DNA of 64,000 bases from Nibricoccus sp. (GCA_047602425.1 JASGHG010000001.1:160001-224000), one strand, 5' to 3'; shown: positions 1 to 11,802, counted from the first letter of the stretch. Program-made: numbers and translations. The notes: generated from the letters alone by a model not told the origin.

Positions 1-956
1 ATCGCGCCTTCGGCGGCGCCGGCACCGACGATCGTGTGAAGTTCGTCGATGAAGAGGATGACGTTTTTGGCGCGTTTGATTTCATCCATCACGGCCTTGA
101 TGCGCTCTTCGAACTGGCCGCGGTATTTGGTACCGGCGACCATCAGGGCGAGATCGAGCGTGATGACCTTTTTCTCCAACAAGATCTCAGGGACAATGCC
201 GTTGGCGATTTCCTGCGCGAGACCTTCGACGATGGCGGTCTTGCCCACGCCAGCTTCGCCGATAAGCACGGGATTGTTTTTCGTGCGACGGCAGAGAATC
301 TGGATGACGCGGCGGATTTCGTTTTTGCGACCGACGACCGGATCCATTTCGCCCTTGCGAGCGAGTTCGGTGAGATCGCGGCCGAACGCCTTGAGCGCGG
401 GCGTTTTGACTTCCTTCTTGTCGCCTTCGGGGCCGCGCGGTGCGGGACCGCTGCCTCCGCCGGTTGGTTCGTCACCACCGGGCGTGCCGCCGGCGCTTTC
501 GGAACCGGCAAACTGAGGATCGAGTTCGCGGAGGATTTCGTTGCGGGTGCGCTCGATGTCGATGTCGAGGGACTTGAGCACGCGGGCGGCGACGCCCTCA
601 CCTTCGCGGAGAAGGCCGAGGAGAATATGCTCGGTGCCGACGTAGGAATGATTGAGTGCCTTGGCTTCCTTGCCGGCGAGCGCGAGGACTTTTTTCACGC
701 GCGGTGTGTAAGGAATGCTGCCGGCGGCTTTGGTTTCCTGCCCGGTGCCGACCTGCTTTTCCACAGCGGCGCGCACGGTTTCGAGATCGAGCCCCATTTT
801 CTGGAGCACGCTGACGGCGACACCCTGGCCGAGTTTAATCAGGCCGAGGAGAATATGCTCGGTGCCGACGTAGTTGTGGTGGAAGCGATCGGCTTCCTTG
901 CGAGCGAGAGCGAGCACCTGCTGCGCTCTCGGCGTGAAGTTATTCATCGGCTCCAT
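1..956 (-). CDS. clpC: ATP-dependent Clp protease ATP-binding subunit ClpC (5' part, runs off window edge)
   Basis: Read by hand from ATG at 956: [39 protein letters not shown] (Clp-N repeat). Later contains [28 protein letters not shown] (Walker A) and [11 protein letters not shown]. Lies directly downstream of mcsA-mcsB. Absent from the ORF track because it is truncated. Confidence 0.95.
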   Translation of the reverse strand, partial: MEPMNNFTPRAQQVLALARKEADRFHHNYVGTEHILLGLIKLGQGVAVSVLQKMGLDLETVRAAVEKQVGTGQETKAAGSIPYTPRVKKVLALAGKEAKALNHSYVGTEHILLGLLREGEGVAARVLKSLDIDIERTRNEILRELDPQFAGSESAGGTPGGDEPTGGGSGPAPRGPEGDKKEVKTPALKAFGRDLTELARKGEMDPVVGRKNEIRRVIQILCRRTKNNPVLIGEAGVGKTAIVEGLAQEIANGIVPEILLEKKVITLDLALMVAGTKYRGQFEERIKAVMDEIKRAKNVILFIDELHTIVGAGAAEGA

Positions 957-1005
957 GATGGTATTTGAAATTGTTGCGCGGATCGTTGGCGAAGGCGCGG
1001 GTTTT

Positions 1006-2091
1006 TTAGTTCTGACCGTTAATAGAGAAGTTTGGTTTCGCGAAAGCGGCAAATTCCGTGCGAAGTTTTTCCGCACGCAGCGTATCGCGTTCGTTCGATT
1101 CGAGATCGTGCTTGGTCGTGCTCTGGATGTGGCCGGGTTGAGCCTCGATGAAGAGGCGGTCAATGACACAGCGGCTGTCGTCGGGGAAAACACCGAGGTC
1201 GATACCGAGGCGAAGGAGCGATAGCAGGTTCATCGCCTCGCCAGAGCTGAGGAGATGGCTGTTTTGCAAAATGCCATAGGCGCGGCCGATTTTATCGAAG
1301 ACTTTCGGCGCGTCGTTTTCCATCAGACGGGCGCGAGCGTTGAGTTCGTGTTCAACGATGGAATTGAGCACGCTGCCGAGACGCTTGATGATGTCCTCTT
1401 CGGATTCGCCGAGCGTCGTTTGGTTGGAGATTTGAAAAATGCTGCCGCTGGCGTCCGAACCTTCGCCGAAGAGACCGCGCACCACCATGCCGAGCTGGTT
1501 GACGGCCCGAACGACTTTTTCCATCTGGCTCGAAATCACGAGCGCGGGCAGATGCATCATCGCCGAGGCGCGCATACCGGTACCGAGATTGGTTGGGCAA
1601 GCAGTGAGATAACCAAGCGAAGGAGAGAACGCGTAGTCGAGTTTGTCTTCGAGCGCGGTGTCGAGATCGTTGATCGCGGCCCACGTTTTCTTGAGCTGGA
1701 AACCCGCGCGCAACGTCTGAATGCGGAGGTGATCCTCCTCGTTGATCATGACCGAGAATGCCTGGTCTTTGCTGATGACAACGCCGGCGCCACTCTTCGC
1801 GCCGCTGAGTTCGCGGCTGATGAGATGGCGTTCCACGAGAATCTGTTTTTCGAGGTCGCTCAGTTCGTCGATGCTGGCGCTGAGCGACTTTTTCATCTGC
1901 GGAGCCGAACCGACTGCTTCCCGACAAGCTTCGAGAATCGCGGCGCGCTCTTTTTCCTTGGCCCAGCCGGGGAAGGATTTGCCCGCAAGGTTGCGGGCGA
2001 GGCGGATGCGCGTCATGAGGACAATCGCGCACTTGCTGCTCGCCGTATCGGTGAGCTCGGAGGGCGTGGCAAGAAGCGACTTGAGCGTCAT
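1006..2091 (-). CDS. mcsB: protein arginine kinase McsB
   Basis: ATP:guanido phosphotransferase motifs [15 protein letters not shown] and [15 protein letters not shown]. Start placed at MTLKSLL (2091), just after the mcsA stop. Confidence 0.93.
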   Translation of the reverse strand: MTLKSLLATPSELTDTASSKCAIVLMTRIRLARNLAGKSFPGWAKEKERAAILEACREAVGSAPQMKKSLSASIDELSDLEKQILVERHLISRELSGAKSGAGVVISKDQAFSVMINEEDHLRIQTLRAGFQLKKTWAAINDLDTALEDKLDYAFSPSLGYLTACPTNLGTGMRASAMMHLPALVISSQMEKVVRAVNQLGMVVRGLFGEGSDASGSIFQISNQTTLGESEEDIIKRLGSVLNSIVEHELNARARLMENDAPKVFDKIGRAYGILQNSHLLSSGEAMNLLSLLRLGIDLGVFPDDSRCVIDRLFIEAQPGHIQSTTKHDLESNERDTLRAEKLRTEFAAFAKPNFSINGQN

Positions 2092-2095
2092 GGCC

Positions 2096-2605
2096 TTAGC
2101 TCGTGAGCTTTTGTCCGTAGCTTTGTTTGACTTGGGAGATTTCATCGCGGTAGCGGGCGGCGTCTTCGTAACGCTCGGATTTGATCGCCTCTTCGAGGTT
2201 GTCCTCGAGTTTGTTGAGACGGTCGGTGATAAGTTTTCGATCAAGTGCCTTATGGGGGACTTTGCCGGTGTGGTTGGTTCCTTTGTGCATGTTGTCGAGC
2301 ATGGGCTCGATCATGCCTTTAAAAGTTTCGTAGCAATGCGGGCAGCCGAAGCGGCCGTGTTTCTTAAAATCGCCCTGCGTGAAGCCGCAATGTTCGCAAC
2401 GCAATCCCTCGGCCGTCGCGGCTTCAGGGGAAAGCGAAGCCTTCAAAAGCAGGTCGGCCAGCGAAAAGCCGCTCGGGTCGGTCACGCCTTTCGCTTGGGC
2501 ACAACTTTCGCAGAGGTCCACCTTATGGACCTTGTTATTAACAATCTGCGTAAGATGCACCGTTGCTGGTTTTGAGCAGAGATCACATTTAAGAGGGCTG
2601 GCCAT
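2096..2605 (-). CDS. mcsA: McsA protein-arginine kinase activator (CxxC repeats plus UVR domain)
   Basis: Four CxxC motifs (CDLC, CESC, CEHC, CPHC) and a C-terminal UVR motif (ERYEDAARYRDEI); sits next to mcsB. Confidence 0.92.
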   Translation of the reverse strand: MASPLKCDLCSKPATVHLTQIVNNKVHKVDLCESCAQAKGVTDPSGFSLADLLLKASLSPEAATAEGLRCEHCGFTQGDFKKHGRFGCPHCYETFKGMIEPMLDNMHKGTNHTGKVPHKALDRKLITDRLNKLEDNLEEAIKSERYEDAARYRDEISQVKQSYGQKLTS

Positions 2606-2690
2606 GGAAGAATTATAGCACGTCCGACGAAACTATCGACACAGAGGAGTTAAAATTGCGACGCAGATCACGGAAAGAACTGCAACACTT

Positions 2691-2706
2691 TGCAACAACC
2701 ATGCCA
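2691..2706 (-). promoter_or_regulatory. sigma54 (-24/-12) promoter of mcsA-mcsB-clpC
   Basis: Minus strand reads TGGCATGGTTGTTGCA, i.e. GG-N10-GC, a close match to TGGCAC-N5-TTGCW, ~85 bp upstream of mcsA. Confidence 0.7.
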
Positions 2707-2893
2707 GCCGCCTTGTCGCTGGCAAGTCCTAGGAGGACGGCAAAATATGCGGACTTTTCTCCGGCCGCACCGTGCAGACCCGGCGCATCGAACGTGCATT
2801 TTGTCACATTCGGCGCCGCTGTCGCCAGCATGGCACACTCGTTAGGTATTAACCCGCGAGTGGCCATCCGGGATAAGCCGGCTCGCGGCCCGA

Positions 2894-3760
2894 TCAAATC
2901 CGTGTGCCTTCAACCAGCACGCGGCGGCGGAATGCTTCGAGGACGCGTTGCGTGATCGGACCGGGCTTGCCGGAGCCGATTTCGCGGCCGTCGAGTTTCA
3001 CCACAGGGATGACTTCGGCGGCGGTGCCGGTCAGGAAGCATTCGTCGGCGGTCCAAAAATCGTACCGCGTCATGTCCACTTCGCGGAGGGTCACGCCGAT
3101 TTCCTTGGCGATGTCGAGGATCGCGCCGCGCGTGATGCCTTTGAGCGCGCCTTGCGAGGCGGGCGGCGTGAGGATTTCGCCTTTGAACACGGTGAAAATA
3201 TTATCGCCAGTGCATTCGGCCACGTAGCCTTGGTCGTTAAGCATAATCGCCTCAAGGGCGCCAAATTGCTTGGCCTCGATCTTGGCGAGGATGTTGTTGA
3301 GATAGTTGAGCGACTTGATCGCGGGGCTGAAGGCGGCAGGATTCACGCGACGCGTTGGCACGGTGACGATTTCGAGGCCCTTCGTGTAGTGCTCCGCAGG
3401 ATACAGATTAATCTTGTCGGCGATGATGAAGATCGACGGTTTCGGGCAAAGCCAGGGCGACAAGCCGAGGTCGCCCACACCACGCGTCACCACCAAACGG
3501 ATGTAGCCGTCGCTGAGATTGTTTTGACGGCAGATTTCGCAGGTCGCGTCGGAGATCTCCTTGCGCGTCCACGGCATCTTCAGGAGGATCGCCTTGGCGG
3601 AGTACTCGAGACGTTCCAGATGTTCTTCGAGGCGGAAAATGTTGCCCTTATAAAGGCGGATGCCTTCGAAAATGCCGTCACCATAAAGCAACCCGTGGTC
3701 GAACACGGAGATCTTGGCGTCGGCCTGGTCAACAAATTTGCCATCGAGATAAATCTTCAT
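2894..3760 (-). CDS. ilvE: branched-chain amino acid aminotransferase
   Basis: DHGLLYGDGIFEGIR, IKSLNYLNN (PLP lysine), ECTGDNIF and FLTGTAAEVIPV: class IV aminotransferase. Confidence 0.95.
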   Translation of the reverse strand: MKIYLDGKFVDQADAKISVFDHGLLYGDGIFEGIRLYKGNIFRLEEHLERLEYSAKAILLKMPWTRKEISDATCEICRQNNLSDGYIRLVVTRGVGDLGLSPWLCPKPSIFIIADKINLYPAEHYTKGLEIVTVPTRRVNPAAFSPAIKSLNYLNNILAKIEAKQFGALEAIMLNDQGYVAECTGDNIFTVFKGEILTPPASQGALKGITRGAILDIAKEIGVTLREVDMTRYDFWTADECFLTGTAAEVIPVVKLDGREIGSGKPGPITQRVLEAFRRRVLVEGTRI

Positions 3761-3868
3761 TCCCGCAGACTAGAAAGTGCGCGGCGAGCTTGTCCAGCCT
3801 GCGTACCATAGAACATTTGTGTCCCGCCTGAACTTGCCAAGCGCTGTGCCGGTCCCCTTGCTCGACGC

Positions 3869-4036
3869 GTGCCTCCACCGACCCGTCCTTTCCGCGTCAT
3901 CGAACTCATCACGGTGCTGGTGATCGCCGGGCTCATCGTCGCGGTCATCCTCCCCCGCTGCGGAAAAAATTCCGCCCATGCGCCGGCCGATTCCGCCAAC
4001 CAGCCGCTCCCGGCTAGCACGCCAGCTGCTCCATGA
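3869..4036 (+). CDS. 55-aa protein with a prepilin-type N-terminal helix
   Basis: Hand translation from GTG: MPPPTRPFRVIELITVLVIAGLIVAVILPRCGKNSAHAPADSANQPLPASTPAAP. F+1/E+5 pilin-like hydrophobic helix. Too short for the ORF track. Confidence 0.5.
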   Translation: MPPPTRPFRVIELITVLVIAGLIVAVILPRCGKNSAHAPADSANQPLPASTPAAP

Positions 4037-4102
4037 CATTACGGTGAACTCATTGGCACCATTGCATTCCGAACCTTTTCCAACATTTTCGTTTAAAACT
4101 CA

Positions 4103-5858
4103 ATGACTGCCGCCACGCCCAACGCCTCCGTTCCCGTCACTTACGTCGTCGGTCACCGCAATCCCGACACCGATGCGATTTGCTCGGCCATTGCGTATGT
4201 CGCCTTCAAAGAGGCTCGTGGCGAAAAAGGCTTCGTCGCCGCCCGTTGCGGCAATTCCAACGCCCGCATCGACACCGTGCTCAAGCGGTTTCATCAGCCG
4301 TTGCCGTTGTATCTCAGCGATGTCACCCCACGCGTGCGCGATGTGATGATTTCCAATGTCATTTCTGTCCGCCCCACGGCAACGTGTGCCGAGGCATTGG
4401 AAGTCATCGATGCGCACGATGTCCGCGTCCTCCCTGTCACAACCAACGACAACCGCGTCATCGGCTCCATCTCGGTTTTTCAACTGGGTGGTTATTTCAT
4501 TCCCCGCATGCGCGCTCCCCGTGAAATGCGAAAGGTCCATACGTCCCTCGCTCACATTGCCCGGGCACTCAAGGGCCGCATCATCCACATGCGCGAAGAG
4601 GATCGCGAAGAAGATCTTTTCATCCGCATCGGCGCGATGGACGTGCGGTCGTTCGGAAAATTCTCCGAGGTCGAAGGCATTGGACCCGAACAATCGATTA
4701 TCATCGTGGGCGACCGTTGGGACATTCAACAGCGGTCCATCCAGATCGGTGTGCGCGCACTCGTTGTCACCGGCAATCTTCCGATTGATGAAGAAGTCAT
4801 CGAGCAGAGTCCGCAAAGCCGGTGTCAGTCTGATCGTGAGCCCCTACGACTCCGCCACCACTGCCTGGGTCATTCGAACGGCCTCGATCATCGACAGCAT
4901 GATCGATCGCAAATTCGCCTCCGTCACCGCCGATCTGCGCCTCGGGGATATCCGCCGCAAAATCGCCGCCTCCAACACGCCCGCCTACATGGTTGTCGAT
5001 GATGAGGGCAAACTCCAGGGAATCCTCACCAAGACTGACATTCTCAAAACGGTGAAAACCCGCCTCGTGCTCGTTGATCACAACGAAGTCACGCAAGCCG
5101 TCCCCGGCGCCGATGAGGTCACGGTCACCGAGATTATCGATCACCATCGTCTCGGGTCTTTGAATACACAGCAACCGATCCTGTTCATTAACGAACCAGT
5201 CGGTTCCACCTGTACGATTGTCGCGGATCTTTTCCGACGCGACGGACTTACTCCTTCGCCCGATATCGCCGGCATCATGATGAGCGGCATCATTTCCGAC
5301 ACGTTGCATCTCAACAGCCCGACGACCACGGAAAAAGACGCCAGCCTTCTCGCCTGGCTCTCGAAAATCGCCGACGTTAATTCCGGCGAACTCGCCAATC
5401 TCATTTTCAGTTCCGGCTCCGTCATCATCGCCAATTCGCCCGAAAAAGTCATTCGCTCGGATTTCAAAATCTACGAAGAGCTCGGCGTGCGTTTTTCCGT
5501 TTCACAGGTGGAGGAACTGGGCTTCGGGAACTTCTGGAAACACTCCAAGGAACTCGCCGCCGCCATGCAGCAAGTCATCACCGCCGAAACTCTCGCGTTT
5601 TCCGCTTTGCTCGTGACCGATATCAATACGCAGAACTCGCTTCTCCTCGTCAAAGGCGACCCGGAGTTCATCGCGCACGTGACTTACCCCCATGTTGAGC
5701 AAAACGAAATTTTCGACATGCCCGGCGTCGTCAGCCGCAAGAAACAACTCATCCCGTACATCACATCGGTTCTCCGCGAAATGCAGTCCGAAGGCCTGCT
5801 CCCCGCGACGCCTGCCACCACGACTCGCTCCGCCTTTACCCCCGCGCCGGAGATCTGA
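4103..5858 (+). pseudogene. ppaC: Mn-dependent family II inorganic pyrophosphatase with CBS/DRTGG insert, frameshifted near 4808
   Basis: First frame has GHRNPDTDAICSA and VGDRWDIQ. Second frame has LVDHNE, IIDHHR, EPVGSTCTIV, GIISDTL and PGVVSRKKQ. The frames join if one base is removed near 4805-4808. Confidence 0.85.
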
Positions 5859-5877
5859 GTTCCGGACGTTCGGGCCT

Positions 5878-6044
5878 TTTCGCCACAGAGGACACAGAGC
5901 TCCGACACAGAGTTCACAGAGAAATATTTTCTGAGGTTTGTTTATTATCCCTCTCTACTCCACGTCCATTGGCAGGAAAACCGCTGCAAACCCTACGGTC
6001 TCCCTCCGCCTCCGTGTCAGCGCTCCGTGTCCTCTGTGGCGAAA
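5878..6044. repeat. imperfect inverted repeat (REP/MITE-like) with CACAGAG subunits
   Basis: TTTCGCCACAGAGGACACAGAGCTCCGACACAGAG at 5878 pairs with CTCCGTGTCAGCGCTCCGTGTCCTCTGTGGCGAAA ending at 6044. Confidence 0.75.
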
Positions 6045-6121
6045 CTCAGTCCTCCGTCCCACCATCTGTTAAAAGCTGCATTGCAACGCGCCCGCTGATT
6101 CCATTGCATACGGGTTTTTCC

Positions 6122-7930
<1,809 letters not shown>

Positions 7931-7964
7931 TCTTTCCTCTTTCTCGTTCTCTTTATCTTTCTCC

Positions 7965-8052
7965 GAGGTAAAGCCCGACGTTCCCGGCGGGCTCGATCAC
8001 GTCGCTTACCGGCCAGGCCCAAAATCGCGCAAGGGATTGCGCGATCCACCTC
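7965..8052. repeat. REP doublet (REPIN-like)
   Basis: GAGGTAA followed by the hairpin AGCCCGAC..GGCGGGCT; then the hairpin ATCGCGCAA..TTGCGCGAT followed by CCACCTC. The two feet are inverted, as in REP doublets. Confidence 0.6.
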
Positions 8053-8135
8053 ATATACCCGAGCTGTTTGTTTCTGCAAAAAACCGAACCAACCTAGCAT
8101 TTACAACCACTTCCTTTTGCGGTGATCTCGTTCAC

Positions 8136-8936
8136 ATGCGTTTTAACCACGTTGTTGTATTCGCAGGATTGCTGCTCTTCTCTTGTGCGAAGAAAGCCAA
8201 CAAGCCATGGCTCTACTACTCTAGTGGCGCGGGCCTAAATGATGCGGTGGTTTACGTTAACGAAAACCCGACAAATCAAGGAAGGGCCTTTTCGCATTTT
8301 GTCATAGAGGGTGTGAATTGGGTTCGTCTCAAGGGCGAGGCCGGTGAGAACGGTTACCAGTTTCGCGTAGTTAAGAAACCCAGCCTGACGGGCTCGGTAT
8401 ATGAAGATGTCATCAACCAAGAGTCGGCGGAGTCGGGACAGGTAAATCGGATCTTCTCGTTCAATCAGGGAGAATGGTGGCGTTGGACCTGGCAGGATGC
8501 GGACGAAATCAAAGGTTTTGAGGAAAAGGATCTGCATGAAATCAAAGCGATCATCCGCGAGGTGATCGAGAACGCCAAACAGCCCGTTACGAGATGGGAA
8601 GACATCCTCCCAAAAGCAAAGACGAGGATGTGGTCAGACGATCCCGAACAACTTGCCGACGGACGTAAACTCTGCGAAAAGGCGATCAAAGGCATTCGCA
8701 GCTATAAGAAACTCGTTTATCAGGAATGTAGATCTGAGGACTTAGTTCATTTCGTGGGCAAACAATTGGTTATGGTTAAGGCAAAAACAGGACCAATCTT
8801 CTACGTCGGACAAGACGAGGCAGATAAAGCAAAACCGAAGACTGGCGAAGTCGTATGGAACTACTTCATTGGGCAGGATGAGATGTTTTTTGCCAAGTTC
8901 AACGGCCAGTGGACTTGGCTGATTCCGACACCGTGA
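8136..8936 (+). CDS. hypothetical lipoprotein
   Basis: MRFNHVVVFAGLLLFSC lipobox-type signal; 266-aa ORF with visibly lower GC than glnS. Confidence 0.7.
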   Translation: MRFNHVVVFAGLLLFSCAKKANKPWLYYSSGAGLNDAVVYVNENPTNQGRAFSHFVIEGVNWVRLKGEAGENGYQFRVVKKPSLTGSVYEDVINQESAESGQVNRIFSFNQGEWWRWTWQDADEIKGFEEKDLHEIKAIIREVIENAKQPVTRWEDILPKAKTRMWSDDPEQLADGRKLCEKAIKGIRSYKKLVYQECRSEDLVHFVGKQLVMVKAKTGPIFYVGQDEADKAKPKTGEVVWNYFIGQDEMFFAKFNGQWTWLIPTP

Positions 8937-8972
8937 AAACTTACTCCGTGTCCATCAAAACAGGGCAACCTC

Positions 8973-8995
8973 AAACTGTGCACTTTGCACAAAAC
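8973..8995 (+). repeat. 23-bp direct repeat copy 1 (AAACTGTGCACTTTGCACAAAAC)
   Basis: 22/23 identical to 10226..10248. Confidence 0.8.
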
Positions 8996-9032
8996 CCAAA
9001 CTGACGGGCCAAGCCCCGATTGCCTGTGGCAT

Positions 9033-9311
9033 CCGCTCCAAGCCGCCAGAGCCAAGCCACGACTCCGTCGAACCACCTATTTGGACGTTGGAAGCACAAA
9101 AGATGGACTGGCGACTGCGATCGCTGACTGAGCGAGCGTGATCGCTGGCTTGGCGAACGCGTTCGCGGCCTTAGCGAGAGCTCTCACGGACTCAGCGACT
9201 ACGTTCGTGGAGACCGCGACGCGATACCAAGGCCGGCGATTGCGATCGCCAGGGGCGTGATCACGATCGCGAAGCCTGCGATGACGGTCGCTGCCTCAAA
9301 ACAAACCCGCC
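9033..9311 (+). repeat. ~270-bp intergenic element with 21-nt periodicity, copy 1
   Basis: Aligns almost gaplessly with 12454..12711. Carries one extra 21-nt unit (GCTTGGCGAACGCGTTCGCGG) and a 1-nt deletion relative to copy 2. Confidence 0.85.
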
Positions 9312-9462
9312 AGTAGAACATTGCCTCCACTTACGACCGACATGGGCAAAGGAACAGTACCGAAGTTTCCAACAGTGTCAGGCCCATGACTCTTTACGGG
9401 ACTAATCAGCGTGGCTCGTCGAATCACCCTCAATCTCCAAAAAATAACTTGGCAAATGGCAG

Positions 9463-9493
9463 CAACCGAACCATCACGTTGAGGTATGCTTAG
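9463..9493 (+). repeat. degenerate copy A of the glnS 3' end
   Basis: CAACCGAACCATCACGTTGAGGTATGCTTAG vs glnS 7882..7912 CAACCGAACCATCACCCTGAAGGACGCCTGG: 24/31 by hand count, first 15 nt identical. Confidence 0.75.
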
Positions 9494-9524
9494 TTCAGCA
9501 ACAGATCGTCACCCCTAATACCCA

Positions 9525-10205
9525 ATGCCCCTACGACTTCTTTTTATCCTCACTGCAACCCTGCTCGCGCTGACGAGCAACGCCAACGCCCGACCCATTC
9601 TCTACGCACGCCCCATCGGACAGTGGACGTGGGTACCGGCTGACGAAAGAGTATCCTCCCAGATCAACACAGGGGTAATCAACGGAAGGACCCAAACAGT
9701 CAGAAACTACACCTTATCCAGCAATGCCCTTGGTGCAGGACTTTCTGCCGGTCTGGTTTTGGGCAAAAATGACAGCATGGAAATAGGCATCGAAGCTTCA
9801 TTCAGCCAGTTTAATGGCACCTACATGGTCACAGACTTGATGGCTTCGAACACCGCAACTGGCTCCACCTATTCGTGTACTTATAAAGTGACCAACGTTC
9901 TGGCTGCCTTTCGGCACTATCTCGGACGGAAAGAAAGCAAATTCCGGCCTTACTATGGCCTGACTTTAGGCGAAACGCGTCTGCAATATCCCAACCTATT
10001 CTCGACGCATTCCCAATCGGATGACTCTGACCAACGGAGCGTAACAAGCGGATTGGGCGTTGGAATGACCTATAAAGTCACTGAGAGAATCCAACTCGAA
10101 GCGGGCTACCGCTACTCGCTTGCCGCGACTCTATCGCTCAACGGCCTCAGTGACCTTATGGGCAAAAGCCAGGCACTCAGCTTTTCGCTGCGCTATAACT
10201 TCTGA
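9525..10205 (+). CDS. outer membrane beta-barrel protein (OmpA/OmpW-like)
   Basis: Sec signal (ANA cleavage site), amphipathic strands (FRPYYGLTLG, IQLEAGYRY) and C-terminal LSFSLRYNF. Confidence 0.8.
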   Translation: MPLRLLFILTATLLALTSNANARPILYARPIGQWTWVPADERVSSQINTGVINGRTQTVRNYTLSSNALGAGLSAGLVLGKNDSMEIGIEASFSQFNGTYMVTDLMASNTATGSTYSCTYKVTNVLAAFRHYLGRKESKFRPYYGLTLGETRLQYPNLFSTHSQSDDSDQRSVTSGLGVGMTYKVTERIQLEAGYRYSLAATLSLNGLSDLMGKSQALSFSLRYNF

Positions 10206-10225
10206 AAGCAAAGATGAAGGGGTCG

Positions 10226-10248
10226 AAACTTTGCACTTTGCACAAAAC
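10226..10248 (+). repeat. 23-bp direct repeat copy 2 (AAACTTTGCACTTTGCACAAAAC)
   Basis: 22/23 identical to 8973..8995. Confidence 0.8.
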
Positions 10249-10268
10249 GGCCCGGCTGTTCCAACGCC

Positions 10269-11576
10269 TCACTCCATCGTCGCGATGACATTTGTCGTGT
10301 TTTCGAGGCGGAAGGTTTCGCGGGCGAGCGCGTTCACCTTGGTCACAGTCACGGCACGCGTGTTGGCCCGGTAGCGGAAATGGTGGCGCCAGTCGCCGTT
10401 CATCATCAGCCAATCGGCCAGATCCCGCGCAATTTCAATCGCGGCTTCTGGTTTTGGTTCCGCAGGAGCCAGCTCCTCTTGAGCGACACGCAGTTCAGTT
10501 TCCGTAATCCCTGTTTCTGCCAGCCGTTTCACTTCCGCCAGCGTGTCCGCCCGCGCCTGTTCAACGTCTATCTCGGGCTTAAACGAACCATAGATAATCA
10601 ACAAATTCGGGTCGCGCATGGCCGGTCCTTCCATGCAACTCACCCGGCGAATCCCCGCCGACCGATCCGCCAGCCTGGCCGTGATGCGTTTCTGGAGCAC
10701 ATTCCCGATAACGCCCCACGTCTCGATATCCTCCGATGCACCGGGGCCTTTGTGAAAGCTGATGAGAAACATCGGCCGGTCGTGCCCGCTCACGCGCGCG
10801 ATTCTTTCTTCGGTTTGACGCGGTTCAACCGCTTCGAGCCCAAGGCGCTTGGGGCCGCCCTTAAATTCGCTGAGGCGCACTTGGGCCAACGCTTGAACGC
10901 GTGCGGGGTCGACATCGCCCACGACCACGAGAATGAGATTCGACGGGGCGAGCGCTTTGCCTGCGTGGTTGAGAAATCCTTCTAGCGAAAGGTTCTCTAC
11001 CGCGCTTTCAGGTCCAAAAACCGGCCGTCGATACGGGTGTTGTTGATAAGCTGCGTCCAACAATACGTTGCTCATCTTCGCCCAGCGTTCGGTCGCGGCC
11101 GTGCGCTCGCTGATGATTGTTTTTCGAGCTGCCTCGAAATTCCCCCCGTCGACAACGATGAACCAGGTCGTCACAAAATCGAGCGCCTCCTCTAGCTTCG
11201 CTTTCGGCCATACGCTGGACGCGTACACGAAATCTGGATTGGCAAAACACGCGAGTTGACTGCCTCCCTGCTCGGCGAGTCGCGCACTCTCCTGCCCCCA
11301 CACAGCCGCCAGCACCTTTGATGCGCCCGTGTGATCGGTGGTTTCTTGAGCGCTTCCGCCGCAGACATAGAGCATCACGGTGATTTCACCCGGCGTCGGC
11401 GCCGGAGCTGCGATCACACGGACGCCTTTCTCGAAGGAGACAACCACAGTTCGCTCTTCGTCGCTTAGATGGGTCGCACGGGCCGTTGAAAACAGCCCGA
11501 CTAAACACAGTAAAAAAAGAGCAGGTCGCGCAAACGCATCACGCAAACGGCAAATATGAGGCAATAACGGTTTCAT
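10269..11576 (-). CDS. secreted M16 (insulinase/pitrilysin) family protein lacking the HxxEH motif
   Basis: HPYRRPVFG, PSNLILVVVGDVDP and GITETELRVA are M16 features. The zinc-motif position reads TGASKVLAAV. Confidence 0.8.
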   Translation of the reverse strand: MKPLLPHICRLRDAFARPALFLLCLVGLFSTARATHLSDEERTVVVSFEKGVRVIAAPAPTPGEITVMLYVCGGSAQETTDHTGASKVLAAVWGQESARLAEQGGSQLACFANPDFVYASSVWPKAKLEEALDFVTTWFIVVDGGNFEAARKTIISERTAATERWAKMSNVLLDAAYQQHPYRRPVFGPESAVENLSLEGFLNHAGKALAPSNLILVVVGDVDPARVQALAQVRLSEFKGGPKRLGLEAVEPRQTEERIARVSGHDRPMFLISFHKGPGASEDIETWGVIGNVLQKRITARLADRSAGIRRVSCMEGPAMRDPNLLIIYGSFKPEIDVEQARADTLAEVKRLAETGITETELRVAQEELAPAEPKPEAAIEIARDLADWLMMNGDWRHHFRYRANTRAVTVTKVNALARETFRLENTTNVIATME

Positions 11577-11751
11577 CGGTATAGCAGGGGTTGAAACGAC
11601 TTTGTCATTAACGCACGAACGGCTGTGACGCTTAAAATTCTAAACGTCCTGCGACACCGTATCCCTTCAACCTTTCGAACAACGTCCCGCACGTTAGGTG
11701 CCGCTGAAAAATGATCGAGCTCTGCAATTTGTACGCGAGACCAAGTCGCGA

Positions 11752-11802
11752 TTCAATCGAACCACCACACTGAAGAACGCCTGGAGCCCAGTGAAGAAGT
11801 AG
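11752..11802 (+). repeat. degenerate copy B of the glnS 3' end, including the stop codon
   Basis: TTCAATCGAACCACCACACTGAAGAACGCCTGGAGCCCAGTGAAGAAGTAG (FNRTTTLKNAWSPVKK*) vs glnS 7880..7930 (FNRTITLKDAWNPGKK*): 42/51 nt, gapless. Confidence 0.92.

Noticed and set aside
36..968. Long antisense ORFs (36..968, 6017..7639, 33594..34778 and similar)
   Set aside because: Shadow frames opposite well-supported high-GC genes.
2831..2866. CIRCE-like dyad CACTC...GAGTG upstream of mcsA
   Set aside because: The spacer is 17 nt rather than 9 and the arms deviate; more likely a hairpin after ilvE.
9110..9300. Possible CRISPR array
   Set aside because: Contiguous degenerate 21-nt units with no unique spacers, and no cas genes.
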